A DNA stretch of 33,618 nucleotides. It comes from Ginkgo biloba. Its lineage: Eukaryota > Plantae > Ginkgophyta. The DNA is taken from positions 113,782,928 through 113,816,545 of the forward strand of contig JANKJI020000002.1 in assembly GCA_024626585.2 (NCBI GenBank), read 5' to 3'. The notes beneath the pieces are model-generated. The model was not told the origin of the DNA. It saw only the letters and a list, made by a program, of their open reading frames with translations, and did no database searches. Shown piece by piece: positions 24,701-33,618 of the stretch. Position 1 is the stretch's first letter; every line of letters begins with the position of its first letter. Position numbers and translations under genes: made by a program.

Positions 24701-27222
24701 TCATTCCAGTTGTGAAGTTAAAAAGAGTTGGACGAAAGTCAAATAGCCAGAGGAACTTTTAAAAGGGTTCTAGCAGGTTGAAAATAACGAAAAAGATTTT
24801 CAATGAGAAATGACCTTTTTGCTTGTAGAGTATGCAGATGTATTTCTAGATAAATTTCTCAAATAGTTGCCAAATAAGTAATAAGTGGACCATGAAATTT
24901 GTTGTTGCTCTGAATAGTCGGTTAGCAACGGGTCACCATACTTGATGAAGTGATAAACTTTCACGATGTATTTTGTACATTAATGTAACTTCACTTTAAA
25001 AGTCCTTTATTTATTTTAGTTCATCAAAATGTACTGTAGGTACTTTAAGTTAAATGTTATATTTTAACTTTCACTTTAGTTAAATGTTATGNNNNNNNNN
25101 NNNNNNNNNNNNNNNNNNNNNNNNNNNNNNNNNNNNNNNNNNNNNNNNNNNNNNNNNNNNNNNNNNNNNNNNNNNNNNNNNNNNNNNNNNNGTTCTCAAA
25201 GTGTTAGTCCTACCCCCACTATTAGTAGCCCTATGACTCCAAGTCATAAAATGTTCACTATCGGCTATGGCTTGTACAATCCCAAGCCAAACATAGTGCA
25301 TCCAATGCATAGGCATGGCTAATCCTATGCCTAATAATCCCCTTAGTGGATTCCCTGGATTCCCTACTAGGACAAGCCGCTGTAAGGATCTGGTTCTAAG
25401 GCTTGGGACCTGNNNNNNNNNNNNNNNNNNNNNNNNNNNNNNNNNNNNNNNNNNNNNNNNNNNNNNNNNNNNNNNNNNNNNNNNNNNNNNNNNNNNNNNN
25501 NNNNNNNNNNNNNNNNTGCAAGGAGAGAAAATCTAATCCTAGGGAAAATAGACCCATATTGAACAAGCAAAAATCATATTTTAGACTTATTTTGTTAATA
25601 CCAATAATAGTGCACCCAGTAACAGTACAAGCAGTAACAGTACAAAAACTATACGGTCGAATTGCATACTCACAATTATGGTACTTACCCAATGAATTTG
25701 GAGAATAGGTAAATGCCAAAAAGTACCTTAGGCCAAAATGTCTTCGTTCCTCCTTCTAGAATGTAGTGCCTCGCTTGCNNNNNNNNNNNNNNNNNNNNNA
25801 AAAAAACTGTTAATGCATAGTAAGGGTGCAAAATAGAATTGTAATATGCAATGATGATGCAAAACTAGGTGCTAGGGTGCCAAAAAGTGTTGCAACTTCT
25901 CCTACAGGTTCACTAGGCCCTAGAATTCCTCCCTGATCCATCCTAAACCCCTTGAATGAGGTCACCTTGCCCTATGGAAGAGATTTGAGCACTCCTTCAA
26001 TGAAAATACGTTTAAAAACCCATCATAAATGCAAGGAACATGGCTCAATGAAGCAAAAAATGACTTCCACTAGTGCAATCAAGAAGCCAAAACACAAAAA
26101 AAGGAGCCTTAGAGAGAGGATGCCCTCAGTACGAGATCATAACAAGAGAGAGAAAAAATATGCCTAAGGGCTATCTGAGCCCAAATAAACCTTATTTATT
26201 AAAAAAAAAGGACACTAACCCCAACATAGAGTTAGGCTCACTCCTAGGGTCGCCCTGAACCCTAGAACACCCTTTGTTGCATTAAATTATATATAATTAC
26301 TCTTTGAAGGGAGGCACCCNNNNNNNNNNNNNNNNNNNNNNNNNNNNNNNNNNNNNNNNNNNNNNNNNNNNNNNNNNNNNNNNNNNNNNNNNNNNNNNNN
26401 NNNNNNNNNNNNNNNNNNNNNNNNNNNNNNNNNNNNNNNNNNNNNNNNNNNNNNNNNNNNNNNNNNNNNNNNNNNNNNNNNNNNNNNNNNNNNNNNNNNN
26501 NNNNNNNNNNNNNNNNNNNNNNNNNNNNNNNNNNNNNNNNNNNNNNNNNNNNNNNNNNNNNNNNNNNNNNNNNNNNNNNNNNNNNNNNNNNNNNNNNNNN
26601 NNNNNNNNNNNNNNNNNNNNNNNNNNNNNNNNNNNNNNNNNNNNNNNNNNNNNNNNNNNNNNNNNNNNNNNNNNNNNNNNNNNNNNNNNNNNNNNNNNNN
26701 NNNNNNNNNNNNNNNNNNNNNNNNNNNNNNNNNNNNNNNNNNNNNNNNNNNNNNNNNNNNNNNNNNNNNNNNNNNNNNNNNNNNNNNNNNNNNNNNNNNN
26801 NNNNNNNNNNNNNNNNNNNNNNNNNNNNNNNNNNNNNNNNNNNNNNNNNNNNNNNNNNNNNNNNNNNNNNNNNNNNNNNNNNNNNNNNNNNNNNNNNNNN
26901 NNNNNNNNNNNNNNNNNNNNNNNNNNNNNNNNNNNNNNNNNNNNNNNNNNNNNNNNNNNNNNNNNNNNNNNNNNNNNNNNNNNNNNNNNNNNNNNNNNNN
27001 NNNNNNNNNNNNNNNNNNNNNNNNNNNNNNNNNNNNNNNNNNNNNNNNNNNNNNNNNNNNNNNNNNNNNNNNNNNNNNNNNNNNNNNNNNNNNNNNNNNN
27101 NNNNNNNNNNNNNNNNNNNNNNNNNNNNNNNNNNNNNNNNNNNNNNNNNNNNNNNNNNNNNNNNNNNNNNNNNNNNNNNNNNNNNNNNNNNNNNNNNNNN
27201 NNNNNNNNNNNNNNNNNNNNNN

Positions 27223-27938
27223 GTGTGATCACTTGTGAATTGGGCGTGGAGCCCACATGGGGTCATGTCATCTATATGGGGTTGGTTGGTCGTTGGATGA
27301 GTTCACTAAAAATAGTGATACGGGAATGAATGTCATTGCCCTTTCCAAATAAAACAGTGCCCTCACATTGGTAAGCAATTTCCTTTATCTTTACTATCAA
27401 AAATAAAATTGGAGCATTCTCATTATGTACTTATCTAGTTCTTTGTCTGCATTGTGCAATTTTTATTTCTAGCTTCAACTTAATTTCTTGCATGTTTCGC
27501 ATTTTGAGTTGGTGGTGTTACAATAGGGCCTTCAACTTGGTAGAGGTTGGGCAATTGCTCGTGGAGTTTGAGTAATCGTTTTGGTAGATTGCTTATGGGT
27601 TCTAAGAAATCTACGATGTTCACAGAGTATCCTTCTTTTTGTGGTTAACATGGAGTCGTGTGATCACTTTTGAATTGGGCGTGAAGCCCANNNNNNNNNN
27701 NNNNGGTCGTGTCATCTATATCAGGTTGGTTGGCTGTTAGTTGAGCTCACTAAAAACTGTGATACAAGAGTAAATGCCATTGCCCTTTCCAAATCAAATA
27801 GTGCCCTCATATTGGTAAGAAATTTCCTTTTTCTTTACTATAAAAAATAAAATTAGAACATTCTCATTTATGTACTTGTCTAGTTCTTTTTCTACATTAT
27901 GCAATTTTTATTTCCAACTTGACCTTAATTTCTTGCAA
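27223..27938 (+). mobile_element. LTR-like family B, two tandem diverged copies of the 3' portion (period ~435-445 bp)
   Basis: gtgtgatcactt..gaattgggcgtg occurs at 27223 and ~27658. Both units end ..ttaatttcttgca (27492 and 27937). Both are homologous to 19468-19850, and a PBS follows. Confidence 0.8.
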
Positions 27939-27966
27939 NNNNNNNNNNNNNNNNNNNNNNNNNNNN

Positions 27967-27977
27967 TATCAGAGCCA
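27967..27977 (+). promoter_or_regulatory. Retrotransposon primer-binding site complementary to tRNA-iMet (partial; TGG hidden in N gap)
   Basis: TATCAGAGCCA matches 11 nt of the canonical TGGTATCAGAGCCA PBS and lies directly after the LTR-like unit, across a 28-N gap. Confidence 0.7.
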
Positions 27978-28166
27978 AATGATGTATCATGAAAGGAATC
28001 AAAATTCTAATGATATGTCATGGTGGAGAGTTGATGAAAGTTGACATCATAGCAGATGCAAACTGTTGTAAACAAGTGATGAGCTTTGCCATTCGAAGAC
28101 AATCCTATTTGTCAAATGATTTTCTTTTCCACGAGACTAGGTTGTTCAAAGCTATTTCGATCATTC

Positions 28167-28288
28167 TTCCTTCTCTTGGAATTTTTGGTTTACACCAATG
28201 TTGCATTTCTTGATGGCTACTTCGTGCCATCTTGAAGTTTTCCTCTGTAAACGCTCTTGAAGCTACCTGTGTCATTTTTTAGAGAGAG
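28167..28288 (-). pseudogene. CCR3: Fragment of a CRINKLY4-related receptor-like kinase (CCR3-like), kinase subdomains I-II
   Basis: Minus strand reads LSLKNDTGSFKSVYRGKLQDG, then after a 1-nt frameshift at ~28224 EVAIKKCNIGVNQKFQEKE. Recalled CCR3-type sequence: [30 protein letters not shown]....KKFQEKE. The kinase call is strong; the subfamily call rests on KFQEKE. Confidence 0.8.
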
Positions 28289-28783
28289 GGGAAGCGACAG
28301 AAGCAGAGTTCCTTTTGGAGCCTCTTAAAAGGAACAGTTATCGAAGCAACTGCAATGACTACCGATTTTGAGAAGTTGCTCGGAGACACAACAGGTTCTA
28401 GTAGGCCTGTTGAAAGGGAGAGGTCCAAGGAAGGGAATATTCCATTGAGCGCCCTGCTAACAAAGGAGCTTCTAAGTGACAAAATATAGTTGGGGGTAAG
28501 GGCAAGGAATGGGCCTCCAGGGACACTACATAGGAGGGTACCTCCCCCATCCCCACTCATCGACAATGTGTAGGCTTCAATTGATATCTGATAGGGGAGC
28601 CCCCCTCGTAATATCCTGACAGCCAGATCCAAGTTCAGGGGAGGCAAGATAGCAGAATGGGAAACATCTTTGAGCAAAGTGTGTGGAGGGGGAGACCTGG
28701 GGGATGCATTGCATATTTTCATTACAACTAGGGAAGATTTGAGGGCTCACCGCCTTAAGGAGATCACACATCCTATGGTGGCA

Positions 28784-29000
28784 GCCATTTTGCGCTTGTA
28801 GTCTCTTCCAAGTGGTGATATTCGTCTGCTTTGTGATATTGTTGTTGAGGATGTTGAGGAGCTCACTGGTTATGATAGAGTTATGGTATACAAGTTTCAT
28901 GAGGACGAGCATGGCGAAGTTGTTGCAGAAATTAAGTGGTCGGATTTAGAACCTTACTTTGGGTTGCATGATCCTACCATAGATATCCCTCAGGCTTCTC
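28784..29000 (+). pseudogene. PHY: Phytochrome fragment (N-terminal part of GAF domain, non-PHYA, PHYP/PHYB-like), pseudogenised
   Basis: [71 protein letters not shown] matches the plant phytochrome pattern [72 protein letters not shown]. There is an in-frame TAG at 28799, and homology stops abruptly at both ends. Confidence 0.97.
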
Positions 29001-29023
29001 AGTGCGCCCGTCCCTATGTAAGA

Positions 29024-29246
29024 TCGAGGGAGAAATTGCACCATCTCTCCCTGGTTCTGTGGGCTATCCCTCTCTGACCACCATAGCTCTGCGGGCCATC
29101 CCTGTGTTCCCTATGCGCCATCTCTGTGTGCCCTGTGCAAGCTTGTGTTCCTGTACCTAAGCAAACTCGAGGGAGAAATTGCGCCATCTCTCCCTGGTTA
29201 TGTGGGCCATCCCTCTAACCGTCGTAGCTCTTTGGGCCACCCTGTG
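29024..29246. repeat. Direct duplication, 143-bp period (two ~80-bp GC-rich cores)
   Basis: tcgagggagaaattgc.ccatctctccctggtt.tgtgggc.atccctct... starts at both 29024 and 29167. Confidence 0.88.
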
Positions 29247-31898
29247 CGTTCGTCCCTTTTTGCTCCATCCTTCTGCCACCTGTTCTCTCAAAGCAACTCA
29301 TGGCTCTCCTACAACTTAGCCTACTCACTCTTCCTGACCAGGGTACTTGCTATGCACTAAATGAAGGATAAAGAAAAAGAAAAAGATTATGCTANNNNNN
29401 NNNNNNNNNNNNNNNNNNNNNNNNNNNNNNNNNNNNNNNNNNNNNNNNNNNNNNNNNNNNNNNNNNNNNNNNNNNNNNNNNNNNNNNNNNNNNNCTATAT
29501 TTTCAAAAATAAAAAAGGACCTCTAAAGACTTCAGAAACCTAATTAGCCTCTTCTTCTCCACGTGACTAGGGCTTCGCTTAGGTTAGAACTCTTTAATTT
29601 AATTTTTCACTATAGTTTAAAACTTGAAAAATGAAAAAAAATTGAATTTTTTTTCAATTTTGCGACTACACAGGCATCGTTCGCCTTCTCAGATCAAAAT
29701 TCCACTAAATCGATCTAACTTCACTCAATGTCGTTCTGACTTCACTCGATGCTCAGCGTCCACCTTCCGATCTCATGGTTTCACTGTGTATCGAACTGAA
29801 CCATGGCATATGGCGATTCCCACATGCNNNNNNNNNNGGCCCAACATCTCCTCCACGATGATCCTTCCTGCTTTTCGCAACTCCCACAACGAATATCTAA
29901 CAGTTTGTAGCATCCACCACTCCAACGCACAAGTCCCACGGGCGTCTTGCACGTCCTTCCCAGACTTTCAATATTCCAACGTTCAAGTTCATACACAATG
30001 GCAGGAGCTTCTCACACCAACGACCCTTCACATACCAATTTGCAATCTCCAGGGTATTCTCTCGATGGCATCACTCTTTCTTCCCCACAATTTCTTCCAC
30101 TGGATTGCGTTCTTCCAAATAGGCAGCATTCTTTCTCCAGTTTTCAAATGGCTCACCCACAGCTAGACGTATTTGAATTCCTCTTCACAGTCGGGTTTTC
30201 TCCCCAGACCAATGACAAATAGCCTCACAACTCCTCTATGGCGTCATTCAACCTCTGTCCTATGTTCTATGAGGTGTTTCTATCACCCAATGTTTCAACA
30301 AATTGCAGGGGCCCCACAGAATTTATCAACAAATCTGACGTTGTTTGTTCCTTTCTTCATGGGACAACAAACTCTCTCTGCCTACACTTTCTTCACGAGT
30401 TTGGCCTGCCAACAATTCTCCACTCATCCTATTGAACACCAAGAATCAACTCACAGCATCCTTTCAAACACGAACAAGCAATATGCAAACTGCTCACAAG
30501 TCACAGTGAGCAAACTTTACATGTTTTCCCTCACTACAGCAAATGCATAATGCACACATCCTTTACAATAACAGAATAATCAATTCTTCAACTGACAACT
30601 GGCAACCCAGAAATAAACAAATCACAGGAATTCTCCAAACTCCACCACTGACAATTCCTTCACATAAATCACAAACCCGTGAATAACAATGAATTTATCA
30701 TTGAATCCACCTTAACACAACACAAGCACAAGACAAGACAAAATTTTGGTAGAATTGGTCTGCAATGACCCTCCTTAATGCTCATTCAATTCATATGTAC
30801 AAGACCCGATACATGTTTATATATATACATAAGAGGTTTAGTAATTGCCACTCCTAGACTTGACACTTGTCCAGTANNNNNNNNNNNNNNNNNNNNNNNN
30901 NNNNNNNNNNNNNNNNNNNNNNNNNNNNNNNNNNNNNNNNNNNNNNNNNNNNNNNNNNNNNNNNNNNNNNNNNNNNTGAAGTAACTATAGTCTAATAAAG
31001 GGTCTTATCTATCCAAGGATCCGTTGTTCACTAATGAGACTATGATAACTAATTGGAGAAACCAATGATGGGGAAAAATACTATTTAATAAATAATAAAA
31101 ATTGAATTATCCTTACATGGGATTCCCTTTGGTCATATCCCTCTAAAGGATAGACCACCATGAGACCAAGTGCTAGGACCCCTTGTGTCCTATGACATAT
31201 CAAATATACATTAAAATGAGTTAAGAAGTATAATAGAATATAATCAAAATTGATTGAAGGATATAAGTGAGTATTTTTCCCTCAAACCCTCCTAAAGTCT
31301 ATAAAAATATATAAAGTAAAGGAGAGAATTAAATAATTGACTCTCTATAAGAAGTATTCTCTAAGTTACAACTAGAGAAAAGTTTATCATTTGACCCAAA
31401 CTCCTCCCCACTATTGGGAACATCTTCATCATTAGATGCTAATATCTTCTCCTTGTCATTATGAAGGTTGTTATGTACCCATTAATTGAGGTCTAAATAC
31501 AATCCTTTCATATATAGGAGTAATGATAAAAAAACCAAGGGGTAGTCATCACTATTATACTATTGTAATCATTGAGCTCTAATTCAATTACCTCTTCACT
31601 ATCCAAAATCTTTGTTGAGTGTAGAAACTTGAGGTCTGGAATCTAGTACCATCTTCTTCTATGTACAGTTGTGCCCCTTCTCAGTTGCCAAGGTTTCACA
31701 CTAACCAGTTTGCTTTACAGAGACTAGTTTATTTGGCATTGCGTTCTTTGTCTATTCTCTCTTCTCTCGACACTCTACTTGAGGATCAACAATGGGCTTA
31801 TTCTGGTCCTTTGATGACATGATAAAAACCCCTAGCTATCTCAAAGGTTTTTAGTAGAAACCTGCTACTTTCATGATAGCTAGGGTTGTTCTTTAGCT

Positions 31899-32268
31899 AA
31901 TGCACCTCGTATATAAATCACCCGCCACTACCCTTACAGGTTCAATTAATGACAATGGAGCAAATGTTTGCTGAATCTAAGACCGGTACTCTAGCAAATC
32001 ATGTCGGTTGTCAATTAGTAAAATGAATAATGACTCTATAAAAGTATGCAAATAGCACCCTCGATACACAGACAGCATTTATGGTTTTTAGCAAATGCAC
32101 CTAGTATATAAATCACCCACAGCTACCATTACAAGCTCAACTAATAGCAATAGAACCAATGTTTGCCAAATCTCCAATTGGTACTCTAGCAAATCATGTT
32201 GGTTGTCAATAAGTAAAATACATAATGACACTATGAGAGTAGGCAAATAGTACCCTTGACAGACAGAG
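31899..32268. repeat. Diverged tandem duplication, 195-bp period
   Basis: aatgcacct.gtatataaatcaccc...ggtactctagcaaatcatgt.ggttgtcaat...gcaaatag.accct starts at both 31899 and 32094. Confidence 0.88.
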
Positions 32269-32899
32269 AGGAGTCACAAGCGTGCTACTCTCACCAAAAT
32301 GTTTTCTTGTCCCCAATGAATGTCAAGGTCATGGTCTAGAATCGAAGAACAGTATATTATTCAATATCAAAAACTGGATACANNNNNNNNNNNNNNNNNN
32401 NNNNNNNNNNNNNNNNNNNNNNNNNNNNNNNNNNNNNNNNNNNNNNNNNNNNNNNNNNNNNNNNNNNNNNNNNNNNNNNNNNATCATTATAGCAACGCCT
32501 CTCTTGGGACTTAGCCTTGTTTAACCCTTATTCATTGTAAGCCCAATAGGGCAAAATCATCAGAGAATCATCAATCAATCAATGTAATGAACAATCAGCA
32601 AGCAGTAAAAGCAATACAATTATCTCATTTTGCAATCTATTCTCTCTTATATGTCTAAAACAGTGAATAGCAAAATTATGTGCCATGTATTAAATTTCAT
32701 TAATGTATGCATTGCTCTTTATTCATGACTAAGTTCGCTTTGACATGACTGTTAATGCGAGAATACAAGTTGACTGATAGCAACATTATGCCTCGAGTTA
32801 TCATAGCAAGGTGGCCAACCACCCTAACGCTAAACTGTTGGTGAGAGCAACAACTTTACTATTAGGACTCAGTGGTACCACATTGATCATGCTTACCTT

Positions 32900-33415
32900 G
32901 CTTCTGTGAGAAGACCAAACCACAGTCAACACTCCAACAATAACCATACCCTAATGACTACACCAATAGCCATTAGACCTACAGCTACACCCATAGCCAC
33001 AACTGATAGAAGTTGAGCACAAGTATCCACCAGGATTTTTTGGCAAAAGCCACTACCAAAAAACCCAATCACATCCATGAAAGGTTCAATAAATGCCTCC
33101 AAGGGAGGTGCCCCAAAACAGGGCTTCTATTAGTCCCCAAATGGTCTTAGCTTGGAGCCTAGACTGCCCTAGATCAAGCCGTTAGGGTTTTTGCAAGTGG
33201 AGTAGAGTCTAGAATCAAAAATATAGGACAGCAAACATGCTAAGAATTAAATGCAATATTGCACCACTACAGCAAGCAAACATCACATAAAGCCCTTATG
33301 ACTAAGGGCGTCTTACTCTAAGGACACTATTCCACCCAACTACCATGCTTCGAACCTCATAAGTATACTATACAACACTGAACAGTAATTGTATTCTAAA
33401 ACTGCAAAAAATAGT
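32900..33415 (-). mobile_element. LTR-like family A, copy 3 (reverse orientation)
   Basis: The reverse complement of 33121-33196 (ttgcaaaaaccctaacggcttgatctagggcag...ttggggactaatagaagccc) aligns with 20374-20448 (ttgcataaaccctagtgacttgacctaagacaa...ttgggggatagtagaagcct). Similarity extends on both sides. Confidence 0.7.
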
Positions 33416-33618
33416 CTATACAATAGTTCTGAAATTAATAAATAAATGGATCTAGGCAATTCAACCTTACTGCTAATAAACTATCTTTACTATTTACTTT
33501 GATTACTATTCTTACGTGTATTATAACTATGTCGTGACAACATGGTATGAAATTTGTAATATGCTTGTTTACGCACGACTGTGGGTCATTTTCCCTTGAA
33601 ATTGCAAATTTAGACCCC

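Noticed and set aside
14674-27329. Long ORFs (200-380 aa) in the ORF track at ~14.7-15.8, 17.0-17.7 and 26.3-27.3 kb
   Set aside because: They are almost entirely X residues from N gaps and so are artefacts.
28279-28912. Minus-strand ORFs of 147 aa and 111 aa
   Set aside because: They are best explained as antisense shadows of the plus-strand coding-like and phytochrome frame, and contain no recognisable domain.
28883-29077. 64-aa ORF as a functional mini-phytochrome
   Set aside because: It starts at an internal Met, has the conserved HYPAT changed to HDPTI, lacks the chromophore Cys, and runs into unrelated repeat sequence.
29624-30550. ORFs of 180, 125 and 91 aa
   Set aside because: They have low-complexity S/T/F/H-rich composition from strand-biased (C/A-rich) DNA typical of LTR or leader regions, with no protein motif.
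33531-33552. gtcgtgaca followed by tggtatgaaa, resembling an LTR end plus Met PBS
   Set aside because: Only 6 contiguous PBS bases match and there is no supporting context before the window ends.

Overview
This is a gappy, AT-rich, CpG-depleted plant nuclear window. It looks like a large seed-plant genome, probably a gymnosperm; that is an inference from the TE families and the phytochrome type. No intact host gene is visible, and most long ORFs in the track are N-gap artefacts. Most of the window is decayed transposons: two divergently oriented L1-clade LINE ORF2 remnants (7.4-10.45 kb on -, 11.9-14.8 kb on +), three Ty3/Gypsy coding remnants (chromovirus-like integrase, Tat/Ogre-like integrase, gag-protease), two dispersed LTR-like families and several tandem duplications. 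Two things stand out. (1) At 27.2-29.0 kb an LTR-like repeat and a tRNA-iMet primer-binding site are followed by a mosaic of host-gene fragments instead of gag-pol: an antisense CRINKLY4-related (CCR3-like) kinase piece that the ORF track misses, an unknown decayed reading frame, and an in-frame phytochrome GAF piece. This is a candidate gene-capturing non-autonomous LTR element. (2) At 10658-10843 there is an apparently complete ~186-bp mini-Helitron with canonical termini and an extra ~80-nt foldback. All family assignments come from manual translation and recalled motifs, not database searches; boundaries of decayed elements are approximate.
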